This document shows, piece after piece, positions 16,908 through 25,475 of a DNA stretch of 34,617 bases. Position 1 is the stretch's first letter; every line of letters starts with the position of its first letter. Under the pieces are notes generated by a model. It was not told the DNA's origin, ran no database searches, and saw only the letters and a program-made list of their open reading frames with translations. Source of the stretch: a virus (Duplodnaviria > Caudoviricetes); IMG/VR virus record IMGVR_UViG_3300035140_000009, positions 1 through 34,617 of that record; one strand, written 5' to 3'. The translations under genes and the position numbers were made by a program.

Positions 16908-17541
16908 CTGATTTTCTCCTTAACAATAATTCAGCTCGATGCTTGCCCATATCGAACAGGAATGAAGTCATCGCCTCATCCAGGTTTTCGATGAACTTCT
17001 CATCTCGCTTTATGGTTACGATATGCGGAGGAAGATCTGGGTGGTAACTCATGAAGTCCCATTCTTCCATCCCGGTTACATACATGCTGCCCTGTACCTG
17101 TGGAACATACTTCGCAGGGATGGTCCCTGAGATAAGATATTCCATGTGAACCTGGGGAGTAGGACATTTAATCTCTAGGCCCTTATAAATGACATCCTCC
17201 TCATTATGGAGAAGCCCGTCTGGTGAGCATGAAACCAGGCGCCGGTCATCCTTATAAACCAGGGTAACCTGGTCAACATCAACCTCATGAAGGAACTCAT
17301 ACAAGGCGCGGGCCTCTCCCTCCATATCGTTGCCTCGCTCAGTGTGTTCATTACCAGGAAAGCCGTCATAAGGTTTATTCATGTACCACTCCGCCAGGAG
17401 ACGACCCATGAGAGTCTTCGCCTGGGTTGACTTCTTCCCGGTGCCTGTCACCAGCTTGTCGAAGACTGAGGCTGTAGGAATGCCCATGCGGAGCCTGAAC
17501 CATTCATCTGTTCCCTGCTCTATGTCACGGACCACTATCAT
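16897..17541 (-). CDS. YqaJ/lambda-exonuclease-like recombination nuclease
   Basis: EQGTDEWFRLRMGIPTAS, RGNDME, CSPDGL, LEIKCP, YVPQVQ, WDFMSY motifs. Confidence 0.93.
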   Translation of the reverse strand: MIVVRDIEQGTDEWFRLRMGIPTASVFDKLVTGTGKKSTQAKTLMGRLLAEWYMNKPYDGFPGNEHTERGNDMEGEARALYEFLHEVDVDQVTLVYKDDRRLVSCSPDGLLHNEEDVIYKGLEIKCPTPQVHMEYLISGTIPAKYVPQVQGSMYVTGMEEWDFMSYHPDLPPHIVTIKRDEKFIENLDEAMTSFLFDMGKHRAELLLRRKSVEV

Positions 17542-18329
17542 TTTTCTTTCCTCTTTTCTTCCAGGGCCTCGATTGCAGCCTGGTGTTTACTGACAGGAAT
17601 AGTCTCGAAGGACTCCACTCTCAGATACTTGAGGAAATTTTTCTTGTTTGCCTTAACCTCGTCAGCCAGGGCCTCCAGGTCCATTGCCTGGTTCATAGAG
17701 ATACAGGCTTCAGAAGCTGCATTACCGTCATCATCATCGTCACCTGTCGCGACATTGAAAATCATCTTTAACAGGTAGCGCATTCCGTACTGGACTGCTG
17801 AGCCGGTAGCGTGGACCCTGGTCATTACAGCATTACCTTTCGCGCCTTTCCCATCGGAGGGCATATCGATGAAATGCTTACGGGTATGACCCGCGTCATG
17901 GGATACGTGGCAAATAACCCGGACATGTTCCTCCAGGGGAGAGTCTTCGGTACCGAAACTCAGAGAGAAACCGTTCCTGGTATAGATGGGCCTGAGAGCC
18001 TTATCCATCGCAGAATATGAGGCATAGTCACTATGAGTCTGGTCATTCCTGGAATCCGCTGATACCTGGCGAGTCTCACCCTGGGCCTTCATCATTGCCA
18101 TATTGAAAGCCTTCTCCGCTTCCTGGGCATCAATCTGAATCTTCAGGGAGAATAGTCGCTCCATTTTCTCGACATCGACTGACGGGTCCATGGCAGCTCG
18201 CTCGATGACCTGGAGCATATTCGTTGCACCTGGCTGAGTGGCTGGAGGCGGAGCATCTTCCTGGACCTGGAGCTCCTGGGTTTCAGTTTCCGGAATATTG
18301 TCCGGGGTAATATCTTTAATTTTTGTCAC
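17538..18329 (-). CDS. erf: ERF-family single-strand annealing protein
   Basis: YASY..MD..LRP...GFSLSF, H.AGH, GSAVQYGMRY.L..IFN...DDDDG motifs; paired with the exonuclease. Confidence 0.88.
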   Translation of the reverse strand: MTKIKDITPDNIPETETQELQVQEDAPPPATQPGATNMLQVIERAAMDPSVDVEKMERLFSLKIQIDAQEAEKAFNMAMMKAQGETRQVSADSRNDQTHSDYASYSAMDKALRPIYTRNGFSLSFGTEDSPLEEHVRVICHVSHDAGHTRKHFIDMPSDGKGAKGNAVMTRVHATGSAVQYGMRYLLKMIFNVATGDDDDDGNAASEACISMNQAMDLEALADEVKANKKNFLKYLRVESFETIPVSKHQAAIEALEEKRKEK

Positions 18330-18341
18330 AATAATCTCCTG

Positions 18342-18434
18342 TTAAAATAATCCGATAATCCAGATAAGCAACCCGATACCGATAAGAACCGGGATGGCCT
18401 GGAGAATCATACCAATAGCCATTATGAATACCAT
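18342..18434 (-). CDS. Small membrane peptide (30 aa)
   Basis: GGAGG RBS; MVFIMAIGMILQAIPVLIGIGLLIWIIGLF. Confidence 0.55.
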   Translation of the reverse strand: MVFIMAIGMILQAIPVLIGIGLLIWIIGLF

Positions 18435-18476
18435 GGCTATACCTCCAAAAACTATCTCAAAAAACTCCTTCATGTT

Positions 18477-18722
18477 TTACTCCTTACAGTGAGGGGTATA
18501 AGTAGGCACCCCATGATTTTTATAAGACTCCAGCTCCTTATGAAGCTCTTCAACAATTTCGACAACCGCTCCGCAGTCAATCACTGAGGGCGCGGTGCAT
18601 TCGCGGTGCATGTTGATGGAGTCACCTGTATTGTAGGCATCAGAGGTAATGAGATTGTACTGACATTCGCTACATTCCTTACCCTTGCGCTCTACCATTT
18701 GCCATAAGTCTTCTAGTTCCAT
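18477..18722 (-). CDS. Hypothetical Cys-containing protein
   Basis: AAGGAG RBS; CSEC...C...C possible Zn site. Confidence 0.65.
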   Translation of the reverse strand: MELEDLWQMVERKGKECSECQYNLITSDAYNTGDSINMHRECTAPSVIDCGAVVEIVEELHKELESYKNHGVPTYTPHCKE

Positions 18723-18733
18723 AGCGTCTCCTT

Positions 18734-18762
18734 ACATTAATTCAAATTGTACTACCCGTCAA
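18734..18762 (-). promoter_or_regulatory. Possible early promoter of the same family
   Basis: TTGACG-17-TAATGT with GTACAATTTGAAT in the spacer; very close to the next ATG. Confidence 0.4.
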
Positions 18763-19081
18763 GTATTGTATCATTGGCATCCGCCAGGGTACTCAACTGG
18801 TCCGAGTTTTCCCTGGCTTCAGCTATCTTGTCACACCAATCCTTAACCGCTCCCTTATAACCCCAGCATCCCTGAGGAGCCTTGTTATACAAGTAACCAA
18901 CATAAGCCGGAAGCTGGCCCATATTGTTGCTGTCAGCTCGGGCGACTGCAGCCTCCAGGTCATTCTCAATTACAGCCTGGAGGAAATGTCCTGGTGGAAC
19001 GCCGTCATTTATATAACGCTCAAGGCTTTCCATCATATACTCCGGAATATAAAACTCATTAAATCGATATATCTCACTCAT
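18752..19081 (-). CDS. Hypothetical phage protein
   Basis: GGAGG RBS; RYINDGVPPGHFLQAVIENDL..AVARAD..N motif. Confidence 0.75.
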   Translation of the reverse strand: MSEIYRFNEFYIPEYMMESLERYINDGVPPGHFLQAVIENDLEAAVARADSNNMGQLPAYVGYLYNKAPQGCWGYKGAVKDWCDKIAEARENSDQLSTLADANDTILDG

Positions 19082-19219
19082 AAGTCCTCCCCATCAATAC
19101 ATAGTTAATTGCTGCAGCTCGCGTTAAATTAGTAATTACCAGGACTCCGCTTTTCCGCACAGCGAACCCTGAACCCAGTTCTACAATCGAATATTTACCC
19201 GCTACTATCATCACTCCTC

Positions 19220-19573
19220 CTATCGGCTCATCATTGCATTAAAATCCGCGTCTTCACTTCGGTCGTGGACCGGAATCGGGTAAGGCGCTATATCTCGGAT
19301 TCGGCTATCTGAACTGTGAATATAGTTCGCTCCGAACATGTATCCGACATAACCCTCAGGAACATCCTCAATCGGTTCCGCGTAAATATACATGCCTCCT
19401 CGCATGCTTACTTTTTCTTTAAGTACCAGGACCGGACGGTCACCAGCTTCGAAGATTTCCGGAACTCCAGGCCCTACCAGAAGGACCTCATCCGCCCAGG
19501 AAGTCGGCCCATACATCGCGCATTTACGATATACCGGGTTACTGTAAACATTCAGAATCATCCCCTTCATCAC
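19220..19573 (-). CDS. Hypothetical phage protein
   Basis: GYMFGANY..SSDSR..PIPVHDR motif; GAGGA RBS. Confidence 0.75.
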   Translation of the reverse strand: MMKGMILNVYSNPVYRKCAMYGPTSWADEVLLVGPGVPEIFEAGDRPVLVLKEKVSMRGGMYIYAEPIEDVPEGYVGYMFGANYIHSSDSRIRDIAPYPIPVHDRSEDADFNAMMSR

Positions 19574-19761
19574 ACTTCCTCCTCAATCAACTTTTCAATA
19601 TCCTTTGCTAATCGACCTAATTCCCTGGCAAGGTAAGCTGCAAATTCTCGATCCCCTACCAGGTTGCCTGGATTGATTTCAGTGCGAATATCTTTAAGTT
19701 TCTCCTCAGCCACCTCGATCAATTTTTTAGCTATACTCTCTCGCTTTACCTTAAAGCTCAT
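19570..19761 (-). CDS. Hypothetical protein
   Basis: GAGGAG upstream of ATG 19761. Confidence 0.6.
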   Translation of the reverse strand: MSFKVKRESIAKKLIEVAEEKLKDIRTEINPGNLVGDREFAAYLARELGRLAKDIEKLIEEEV

Positions 19762-19926
19762 TATTCCGCTCCTCATAAGACACAACATCATCGAATAAAT
19801 ACTTGATTACTTTAATCACATCCCCAGCCATTTCAGCGTCGAGATAATTATTCTGGTAATAATAATTCAGTAAACCCTGGTGCAAATCTCTAATTTCCTT
19901 TTTACTCATTCCTTACCTCCTGGGGC

Positions 19927-20304
19927 CTAGTGACCCCATCCAGCTGCAGTTTCATATTTAGGATTTCCGTCCCACTTGCTCGCCCAATAATTCCCGGAGC
20001 TCAATACCACTGAGCCATCCTTCGCTTTCTTCTTGATTGGACCATCACCTTTCTTCCAGGAGTCAGGCCATTTTTCACCTGGCTTTTTGAATTTCAAGCA
20101 GACATCAAAGTCACGCTCTTCGTCAGTGGGAACTACATAGATGGCGCCAGTACTTTCTTTCACAACCTTACTGGCTACCGGGATGATTGACACCATGGTC
20201 TTGCCTACCATGCTGACAACCTTAAAGAAATCGACATTCGTCTGGTCATAACCCCAAGAGTTATAGACGTAATCGCCGACATTCAAACCGCGGGAATCAC
20301 TCAT
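19927..20304 (-). CDS. Early hypothetical phage protein
   Basis: AAGGAGG RBS; VGDYVYNSWGYDQTNVDFFKVV motif; first gene after a strong promoter. Confidence 0.8.
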   Translation of the reverse strand: MSDSRGLNVGDYVYNSWGYDQTNVDFFKVVSMVGKTMVSIIPVASKVVKESTGAIYVVPTDEERDFDVCLKFKKPGEKWPDSWKKGDGPIKKKAKDGSVVLSSGNYWASKWDGNPKYETAAGWGH

Positions 20305-20335
20305 TTCCTTACCTCCTTAACAATATCCAGACATG

Positions 20336-20364
20336 ATGTTAATTCAATTTGTATCGGGTGTCAA
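20336..20364 (-). promoter_or_regulatory. Early sigma70 promoter with operator-like spacer
   Basis: TTGACA-cccGATACAAATTGaat-TAACAT (17-nt spacer). Confidence 0.8.
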
Positions 20365-20482
20365 CAACTTTCTCCTAAAATTTTCACAACCCTGGTCCCG
20401 TTCTTATGAGCATATTCCAGGGCATGTCCCAGGGATTTAAACCATAACGGCTCAATCCTATTTTCAAATTCAAAGTACATAA

Positions 20483-20683
20483 TCACTCCATTGGATGAGG
20501 GACTTTAGGTCCCTCGTAAAAAGGATTTTTTACATAACAATCCAAGTCACCTACTGCTAACCAGGCCTTGTCTGGATGATTAGGACCCTCGACATATTTC
20601 ACGTGATGCTCCCAATCTCTATAATGATCAGCGTCAGTCTTCATCTCGCTCATCATTGATTCATGTTCTTCCCAGTTCCTCAT
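20483..20683 (-). CDS. Early hypothetical protein
   Basis: GAGGAG RBS, coupled; C-terminal NPFYEGPKVPHP. Confidence 0.7.
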   Translation of the reverse strand: MRNWEEHESMMSEMKTDADHYRDWEHHVKYVEGPNHPDKAWLAVGDLDCYVKNPFYEGPKVPHPME

Positions 20684-20916
20684 TACTCCTCCTCGAAATA
20701 AACCCCAATCGGTGACTCGCCTGGTCCTGGCTCATATCCTGCTGGCTTAATGCTTGATGCTGAATATTCAACCCAAGCATCATCCATGCCATTCTCAAAA
20801 TTCGGATCATCTTCATCCCAGGCTACATATACTTTCATTCCATCAACCGCAACAATGGACCCATGTGACCAGGGGAACATCGCTCCCCATATTGCATACA
20901 CTCGTTTACCTAACAT
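20683..20916 (-). CDS. Early acidic hypothetical protein
   Basis: GGGGG RBS; D/E- and aromatic-rich 77 aa. Confidence 0.7.
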   Translation of the reverse strand: MLGKRVYAIWGAMFPWSHGSIVAVDGMKVYVAWDEDDPNFENGMDDAWVEYSASSIKPAGYEPGPGESPIGVYFEEE

Positions 20917-20925
20917 ACGACCCCC

Positions 20926-21264
20926 TTAAAAATGCGGATTTAACCTATCGTGATAACCTTTCAACATTGACCAGGTTCCATGTAATACCCAAGCAGCTGA
21001 CTCACCCTTCCTGTAATACTTCTTACCTGATTCAGTAGTGACAACCTTCATAGTTTTACTCACCCTTACGATTTTACTATCCGGATAATAGTCACCATTG
21101 AAGGCATAGCTCACGAACTCTCCTACTTTCGGCGCTTCATGAACTACCCACTTTTTACATACCCAGCTCGGTTCATGGTTTACAAAATAAATATCACCAG
21201 TTTCCTTCATGAACTTTTCACAAGCTTCCCTGGCTTCGTTCTCAGTTTCATACCTCTCGCTCAT
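20926..21264 (-). CDS. Early hypothetical phage protein
   Basis: GGAGG RBS; VSYAFNGDYYP..NPHF motif. Confidence 0.75.
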   Translation of the reverse strand: MSERYETENEAREACEKFMKETGDIYFVNHEPSWVCKKWVVHEAPKVGEFVSYAFNGDYYPDSKIVRVSKTMKVVTTESGKKYYRKGESAAWVLHGTWSMLKGYHDRLNPHF

Positions 21265-21272
21265 AATCCCTC

Positions 21273-21497
21273 CTAAACAACCATATTCACATTGCCAGGC
21301 ATGTCGGCAACGTACATGAATGCCAGCGCTACTTCCTTGCTTTCATATTCGAAGTCACTCATGAACTCTTCCAGCTCATCAGCAGCCCAGCTCGGAGTCA
21401 TTCCGAAAGCGATGACCGCCTTATCCCCTTCATCCATACGCTCATAGATTTCCAGGGCCTTGCCTTTCATCAGGCTTTTCACAATCTCACTCGTCAT
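21273..21497 (-). CDS. Early hypothetical protein
   Basis: GAGGAG RBS right after a promoter; acidic. Confidence 0.7.
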   Translation of the reverse strand: MTSEIVKSLMKGKALEIYERMDEGDKAVIAFGMTPSWAADELEEFMSDFEYESKEVALAFMYVADMPGNVNMVV

Positions 21498-21526
21498 TCC
21501 TATCTCCTCAACAATTTCCAGACCTG

Positions 21527-21555
21527 AATATAATACAATTTGTATCTTATTACAA
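21527..21555 (-). promoter_or_regulatory. Early sigma70 promoter containing palindrome ATACAA-N-TTGTAT
   Basis: TTGTAA-taaGATACAAATTGtat-TATATT; palindrome at 21533-21545. Confidence 0.75.
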
Positions 21556-21568
21556 GTATTTTTTTAAA

Positions 21569-21718
21569 TTAATATCCTCCTGTTAATGAAATCGAATAGG
21601 CTGCATTACTCAAGCTGGCTGAGTAAGCTTCGAAGGTCACTCCTGCCTTCATAAAATGGATACAGGCATTCAGGAATTCCTTCTCATCTCGGAAATAAAT
21701 GATGTTACCTTTCTTCAT
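21569..21718 (-). CDS. Early hypothetical protein (49 aa)
   Basis: AAGGAGG RBS; MKKGNIIYFRDEKEF...LTGGY. Confidence 0.6.
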   Translation of the reverse strand: MKKGNIIYFRDEKEFLNACIHFMKAGVTFEAYSASLSNAAYSISLTGGY

Positions 21719-21915
21719 AGTCCCTCCTTAAAATCGACAATATTCAAAATTGAATGTTTAACGCTCTCCAGGTAGTCCTTCGCTTCATACATGTCGCTAT
21801 CCAGGTAATCATTGTAATCATCCAGGTCAACATCACGCATCAGCAAGCTCTCCAGGATACCCAAGTCCAGTATGAGTTTATCAATCCGCTCCAGGGCATT
21901 TACCTTCTTGCTCAT
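21715..21915 (-). CDS. Early acidic hypothetical protein
   Basis: GAGG RBS; D-rich DVDLDDYNDYLDSD. Confidence 0.7.
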   Translation of the reverse strand: MSKKVNALERIDKLILDLGILESLLMRDVDLDDYNDYLDSDMYEAKDYLESVKHSILNIVDFKEGL

Positions 21916-22112
21916 TTCCGTTTCCTCTTGTCATATCGAATGAAAGTCCTTCCATAAACTAGGGTGATTCCGTTCTTAGTATCCGCTATATACTCGAACA
22001 CCCCTTTACTGTTAGCAGTCCTGAAAAAGTACCGGTCCGGGCCAATCTCTCGAATTTTAAAAACCGTGGATCCGAACTTCTCCAGGATTAAAACGCGTCC
22101 GTTTTTAACTAT
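21912..22112 (-). CDS. Probable gene with non-canonical ATA start (66 aa)
   Basis: Open frame IVKNGRVLILEKFG...YDKRKRK fills the gap exactly; GGAGG upstream; ATGA overlap downstream. Confidence 0.45.
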   Translation of the reverse strand: MVKNGRVLILEKFGSTVFKIREIGPDRYFFRTANSKGVFEYIADTKNGITLVYGRTFIRYDKRKRK

Positions 22113-22300
22113 TCACCTCCCTCCTCAGCTTCAACCATATCGTTGTGCATTTTGGCAACATAATTCACAGCCATCATGACCGCAGCAATCGCAGCAACCT
22201 TCGCTCCTCCCTCGCTCGGAATTGGCTCAATCATATCCATGACTACATCCATATTTTCCGGCGTTGCGAACATATCATTAATTTCAAATTTATCCATCAT
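22109..22300 (-). CDS. Early hypothetical protein
   Basis: GGGGA RBS; 63 aa. Confidence 0.7.
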   Translation of the reverse strand: MMDKFEINDMFATPENMDVVMDMIEPIPSEGGAKVAAIAAVMMAVNYVAKMHNDMVEAEEGGE

Positions 22301-22306
22301 TTCCCC

Positions 22307-22573
22307 CTAGTAATCATCATCCCAATATTCCCCAGCAGCAGCCGGGTCAAACCATCCAGGAGCATTCGGCCCTGGGTCACTCGCTACGTTGTGAACATAT
22401 CCACTGTATTCAGCGCCCGGATATGCAGCCTTAGCCTCCTCAACTGAGCTGAAAGCATCCTTGAATGACTTTCGCTCCATCCCGTAGTTCACGCTCGATT
22501 TCGGATACTCACCGAACTCATAGACGTTGTATCCCTCACCGTACTTATCCGGCTCAATCGCTAAATAACTCAC
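22307..22573 (-). CDS. Early acidic hypothetical protein
   Basis: GGAG RBS, GTG start; C-terminal PGWFDPAAAGEYWDDDY. Confidence 0.72.
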   Translation of the reverse strand: MSYLAIEPDKYGEGYNVYEFGEYPKSSVNYGMERKSFKDAFSSVEEAKAAYPGAEYSGYVHNVASDPGPNAPGWFDPAAAGEYWDDDY

Positions 22574-22692
22574 TATTTTGCACTCCCGTAATAGTAGATT
22601 TCCGAAACCCTGGCTTTCTCAGACTCGTATTTCACCCAGGCCATTACTGCGAACCACACAACCACAGAACCCGCAACAACAAAACATTCCAT
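22573..22692 (-). CDS. Small membrane peptide (39 aa), first leftward gene
   Basis: GAGGAGG RBS; MECFVVAGSVVVWFAVMAWVKYESEK... Confidence 0.55.
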   Translation of the reverse strand: MECFVVAGSVVVWFAVMAWVKYESEKARVSEIYYYGSAK

Positions 22693-22721
22693 TTCATTAC
22701 CTCCTCAACAATTACAGTGTG

Positions 22722-22750
22722 AATATAGCTGCATTTTGTATCGTGGTCAA
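22722..22750 (-). promoter_or_regulatory. Leftward promoter (PL-like)
   Basis: TTGACC-acGATACAAAATGcagc-TATATT with an A-rich upstream tract. Confidence 0.8.
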
Positions 22751-22785
22751 GGACTTTTTTCATTTATTTTTATTTTTCTTTCAGG

Positions 22786-22822
22786 TTGACTCAGCCAGGG
22801 CTGTCTAGTAACCTGATACAAA
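22786..22822 (+). promoter_or_regulatory. Rightward promoter (PR-like) with GATACAAA at the start site
   Basis: TTGACT-17-TAACCT followed immediately by GATACAAA. Confidence 0.65.
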
Positions 22823-22845
22823 CTAACCTAAACGAAGGAAAAACA

Positions 22846-23073
22846 ATGGCAAAATTCCAAGAACTACATACCTGGCAGCAAAAACAGGTAGAGAATAAGC
22901 GCTTCACTAGCCTAGCAGCTACTCAGCGCTTCCTGGCTGGAGAGCTGCAGACATGTGAGTCTCATGTTCGCCAGTGGACTTATGGCGTCCGAGCGGTTCC
23001 ATATAAGTACCATCGTCGCCTAGCTGAGCTGACATTCCTGTCTCCTGATTTATTTGAGGCTACTCATCAATGA
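22846..23073 (+). CDS. Cro-like HTH regulator
   Basis: QRFLAGELQTCESHVRQWTYGVRAVP HTH-like pattern; first rightward gene; AAGGA RBS before ATG 22846. Confidence 0.65.
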   Translation: MAKFQELHTWQQKQVENKRFTSLAATQRFLAGELQTCESHVRQWTYGVRAVPYKYHRRLAELTFLSPDLFEATHQ

Positions 23074-23753
23074 GCATGATCGCCCTGGGCTGGGCCTGGT
23101 CCCAGGAGATGACATCAACTCAGAAGTTTGTCCTGGTAGCCATGGCTGATATGGCGAATGAACAGGAAGATTTTAAATGCTGGCCTTCCCTGACTCACCT
23201 GGCGAAAAAGACAGGCCTGGGGAAATCAACCGTGGTCCGGGCAATTAATTACCTGGTAACTAGCGGTTATATATCCAGATCTGAGATAGGTGATTATTCA
23301 GGGAAAAGGACTGTTTACCAGGTTCATTGTAACCCTAGTGTCACAGCGGGACTAGGCCCACAGAGAGAACAGCCTAGTACCACAGCGGGACATAGAACCC
23401 TTAATGAACCCTTAGATCCTGTATTAGGGAAAACGAAAATCTCAGCGGATTGGAAACCAAGCATCAAGGTCCTGGAGTGGACCAGAAACCAGGGCATTCC
23501 TGACAAACAGGTACTGGTAGAGATTGTCCCTAGCTTCGTGGCCTACTGGCTGGATACAGGAGAGAAGAGAAAATCATGGGATGCGACTTTCATGCGTAAC
23601 CCTATCGTAAAACGGGAAATCACAAACTATAAGCACAGGAATAAAGGCAATGGAAATAAACGGAAAACCGCAGGACAGCTCGCAGCTGAGCAATGCAATG
23701 ACCAAGGACCAAACCAGGAACCAAGAACGGTCCAGGGTGAGCGGGTTAATTGA
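23070..23753 (+). CDS. Replication initiator (O-like; N-terminal HTH, C-terminal DnaT-like domain)
   Basis: QKFVLVAMAD..CWPS..HLAKKTGLGKSTV.RAI..L and ISADWKPS..FVAYW..WDATF motifs; internal iterons. Confidence 0.85.
   Translation: MSMIALGWAWSQEMTSTQKFVLVAMADMANEQEDFKCWPSLTHLAKKTGLGKSTVVRAINYLVTSGYISRSEIGDYSGKRTVYQVHCNPSVTAGLGPQREQPSTTAGHRTLNEPLDPVLGKTKISADWKPSIKVLEWTRNQGIPDKQVLVEIVPSFVAYWLDTGEKRKSWDATFMRNPIVKREITNYKHRNKGNGNKRKTAGQLAAEQCNDQGPNQEPRTVQGERVN
23334..23420. repeat. Putative replication origin (iterons)
   Basis: CCTAGTGTCACAGCGGGAC (23334-23352), degenerate middle copy, CCTAGTACCACAGCGGGAC (23373-23391), then GAACCCTTA twice. Confidence 0.7.
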
Positions 23754-24084
23754 TGGCACCATCATGGAGCGGTTATGGGACCGCCTGGATGAAATGTACC
23801 CTGGTACATTCCTGGCTCAGTATGGCACTAAAGCAAAGGCCTGGATGGATGAGTTTAACCGTCAAAATTTAACGGTCCAGGACATTGCCAGAGGCCTCGC
23901 TGCATTGGAGGACCAGGGCGGAAAGTATCCGCCTAGCCGTCCGGAGTTTCTCAAAATGTGCAAGCCAGTGTCAGCTCCATACCATCAGCCGTACCAGCCG
24001 AAACTCCCTGAACGTCCAGCGACTGACAGGGAAACCGCCAGGCGTCACCTGGCAGAATTTAAGAAACATTTACAGGGAAAATGA
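23650..24084 (+). CDS. Replication protein P-like (putative helicase loader); true start may be 23737 or 23764
   Basis: LW.RL.EMY...YG...W...LT..DI.RGL...YPPS.PEFL.MC pattern directly downstream of the initiator. Confidence 0.65.
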   Translation: MEINGKPQDSSQLSNAMTKDQTRNQERSRVSGLIDGTIMERLWDRLDEMYPGTFLAQYGTKAKAWMDEFNRQNLTVQDIARGLAALEDQGGKYPPSRPEFLKMCKPVSAPYHQPYQPKLPERPATDRETARRHLAEFKKHLQGK

Positions 24085-24111
24085 TACAATCTGTCCTCAG
24101 GAAGTGTTATT

Positions 24112-24336
24112 ATGAAAACAGGTAATTGTTCGGAGGAGTATAAAATGCAATGCCTAGCCAGGCATGTGCTGAGACTCCCATCCCTTCATGAACGTCGAGC
24201 CTTTCTCAGGCGCTTCGAGATTAAGAACGGGAAAAGCATTACTCAAAAATTAAAAGATTTTATTACCCAGGAGCATGAAAAATGTCAAAAAAGAAAACCG
24301 CAAGCAAGAAGTCGGCAAGCAAATCAGCCAAGGTAA
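24112..24336 (+). CDS. Hypothetical protein
   Basis: SEEY...CLARHVL..P...RR.FL motif; AGGA upstream. Confidence 0.6.
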   Translation: MKTGNCSEEYKMQCLARHVLRLPSLHERRAFLRRFEIKNGKSITQKLKDFITQEHEKCQKRKPQARSRQANQPR

Positions 24337-24626
24337 CCCAGGAAGACGAGCCTCAGAATGTAGGTCAACCTAACCAGGAGACAACCCAGGCACCATCTGA
24401 AAATGAAAATGTTCCACGTGGAACAACTGACAATGAACCCCAGGATTCCCCTGAGCCATCTCATCGCCGTTTCGAATATGGTGATATGTTGAAAGCTGTC
24501 GCGGAGATTCGTGAGAACCTGAATCATATATCTCTCATGAGTGGACACAAGCAGGTCCATAAGTATTCTCATAGCATCGCGGAGCTTCATAGTGGCCTCA
24601 TTAACACCGAAAAAACTGAAGGCTAA
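24282..24626 (+). CDS. Hypothetical protein with basic, disordered N-terminus
   Basis: AGGAG RBS; 114 aa. Confidence 0.6.
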   Translation: MSKKKTASKKSASKSAKVTQEDEPQNVGQPNQETTQAPSENENVPRGTTDNEPQDSPEPSHRRFEYGDMLKAVAEIRENLNHISLMSGHKQVHKYSHSIAELHSGLINTEKTEG

Positions 24627-25185
24627 AAAATGTCGCGCATGCGGAGAGAAGTTTGTGCCATGGACCTCTCTGGCGAAAGCTTGCTCTCCGCAATGTGCCA
24701 TCGAACTCACCAGGGACCAGGAGCGAAAACGTCAGAAAAAGGAAATCCGCCAGGCTCGCGAGAGACTGAAAACAAAATCGGATTATCTCAAAGAAACCCA
24801 GGGTGCTTGTAATGCGTATATTCGAGAGCGAGACAAGGACAAACCCTGTATTAGTTGCGGACGCTATGACCATGAAATTCCTGAGAGATACACTGGTGGC
24901 AAATGGGATGCAGGTCATTACAAATCTCGCGGAGCATTTCCTGAACTTAGATTTCATCCAGCGAATATCCATAAGCAATGTAAATCCTGTAATGGTGGAT
25001 CTGGTAAATACACCAGGAAAAATAAAACCGTCTCCCAGGATTATGAGAACAATGTTTTTTATCGTATCGGTGAACGGATGCTTAACTGGCTTAACGGTCC
25101 TCAAGAGGCCCAGCATTGGACTATCGATGATCTGAAAGAAATCAAGCAATATTACAAGGACCAGCTGAAGGCGCTAAAAATATGA
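24592..25185 (+). CDS. ninG: NinG/Rap-family recombination nuclease
   Basis: KKCRAC..F.P...CSPQCA, YIRERD..CISCG, WDAGHY.SRGA.PELRF..NIHKQC..CN motifs. Confidence 0.92.
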   Translation: MASLTPKKLKAKKCRACGEKFVPWTSLAKACSPQCAIELTRDQERKRQKKEIRQARERLKTKSDYLKETQGACNAYIRERDKDKPCISCGRYDHEIPERYTGGKWDAGHYKSRGAFPELRFHPANIHKQCKSCNGGSGKYTRKNKTVSQDYENNVFYRIGERMLNWLNGPQEAQHWTIDDLKEIKQYYKDQLKALKI

Positions 25186-25475
25186 AATATAAAAAAACAG
25201 ATAACCTGGAAAAGAATGCTGACCAGGTAAATAAAATCCTGGATGAAACCGTCAAGGCCTTTACTGATGAAAATATGCAGGAAGGTATCGAGGGCCTGAG
25301 AGAGCTGGCACATTTATACAAAACAGCTGGAGCTCCGAAAAAGTCCTTCCTGGAGCTCTGTCAATACATTGAAAATACTGCAGTCGAGAGAAGTGGTAAT
25401 GAATTCCTAAGGCAACGGATGAGTATAGCTCTGCGCGAGGCCTTCAAAGCAAAATCGAAAATTGTCCTGGTATGA
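25182..25475 (+). CDS. Hypothetical protein
   Basis: ATGA-coupled to ninG. Confidence 0.7.
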   Translation: MKYKKTDNLEKNADQVNKILDETVKAFTDENMQEGIEGLRELAHLYKTAGAPKKSFLELCQYIENTAVERSGNEFLRQRMSIALREAFKAKSKIVLV

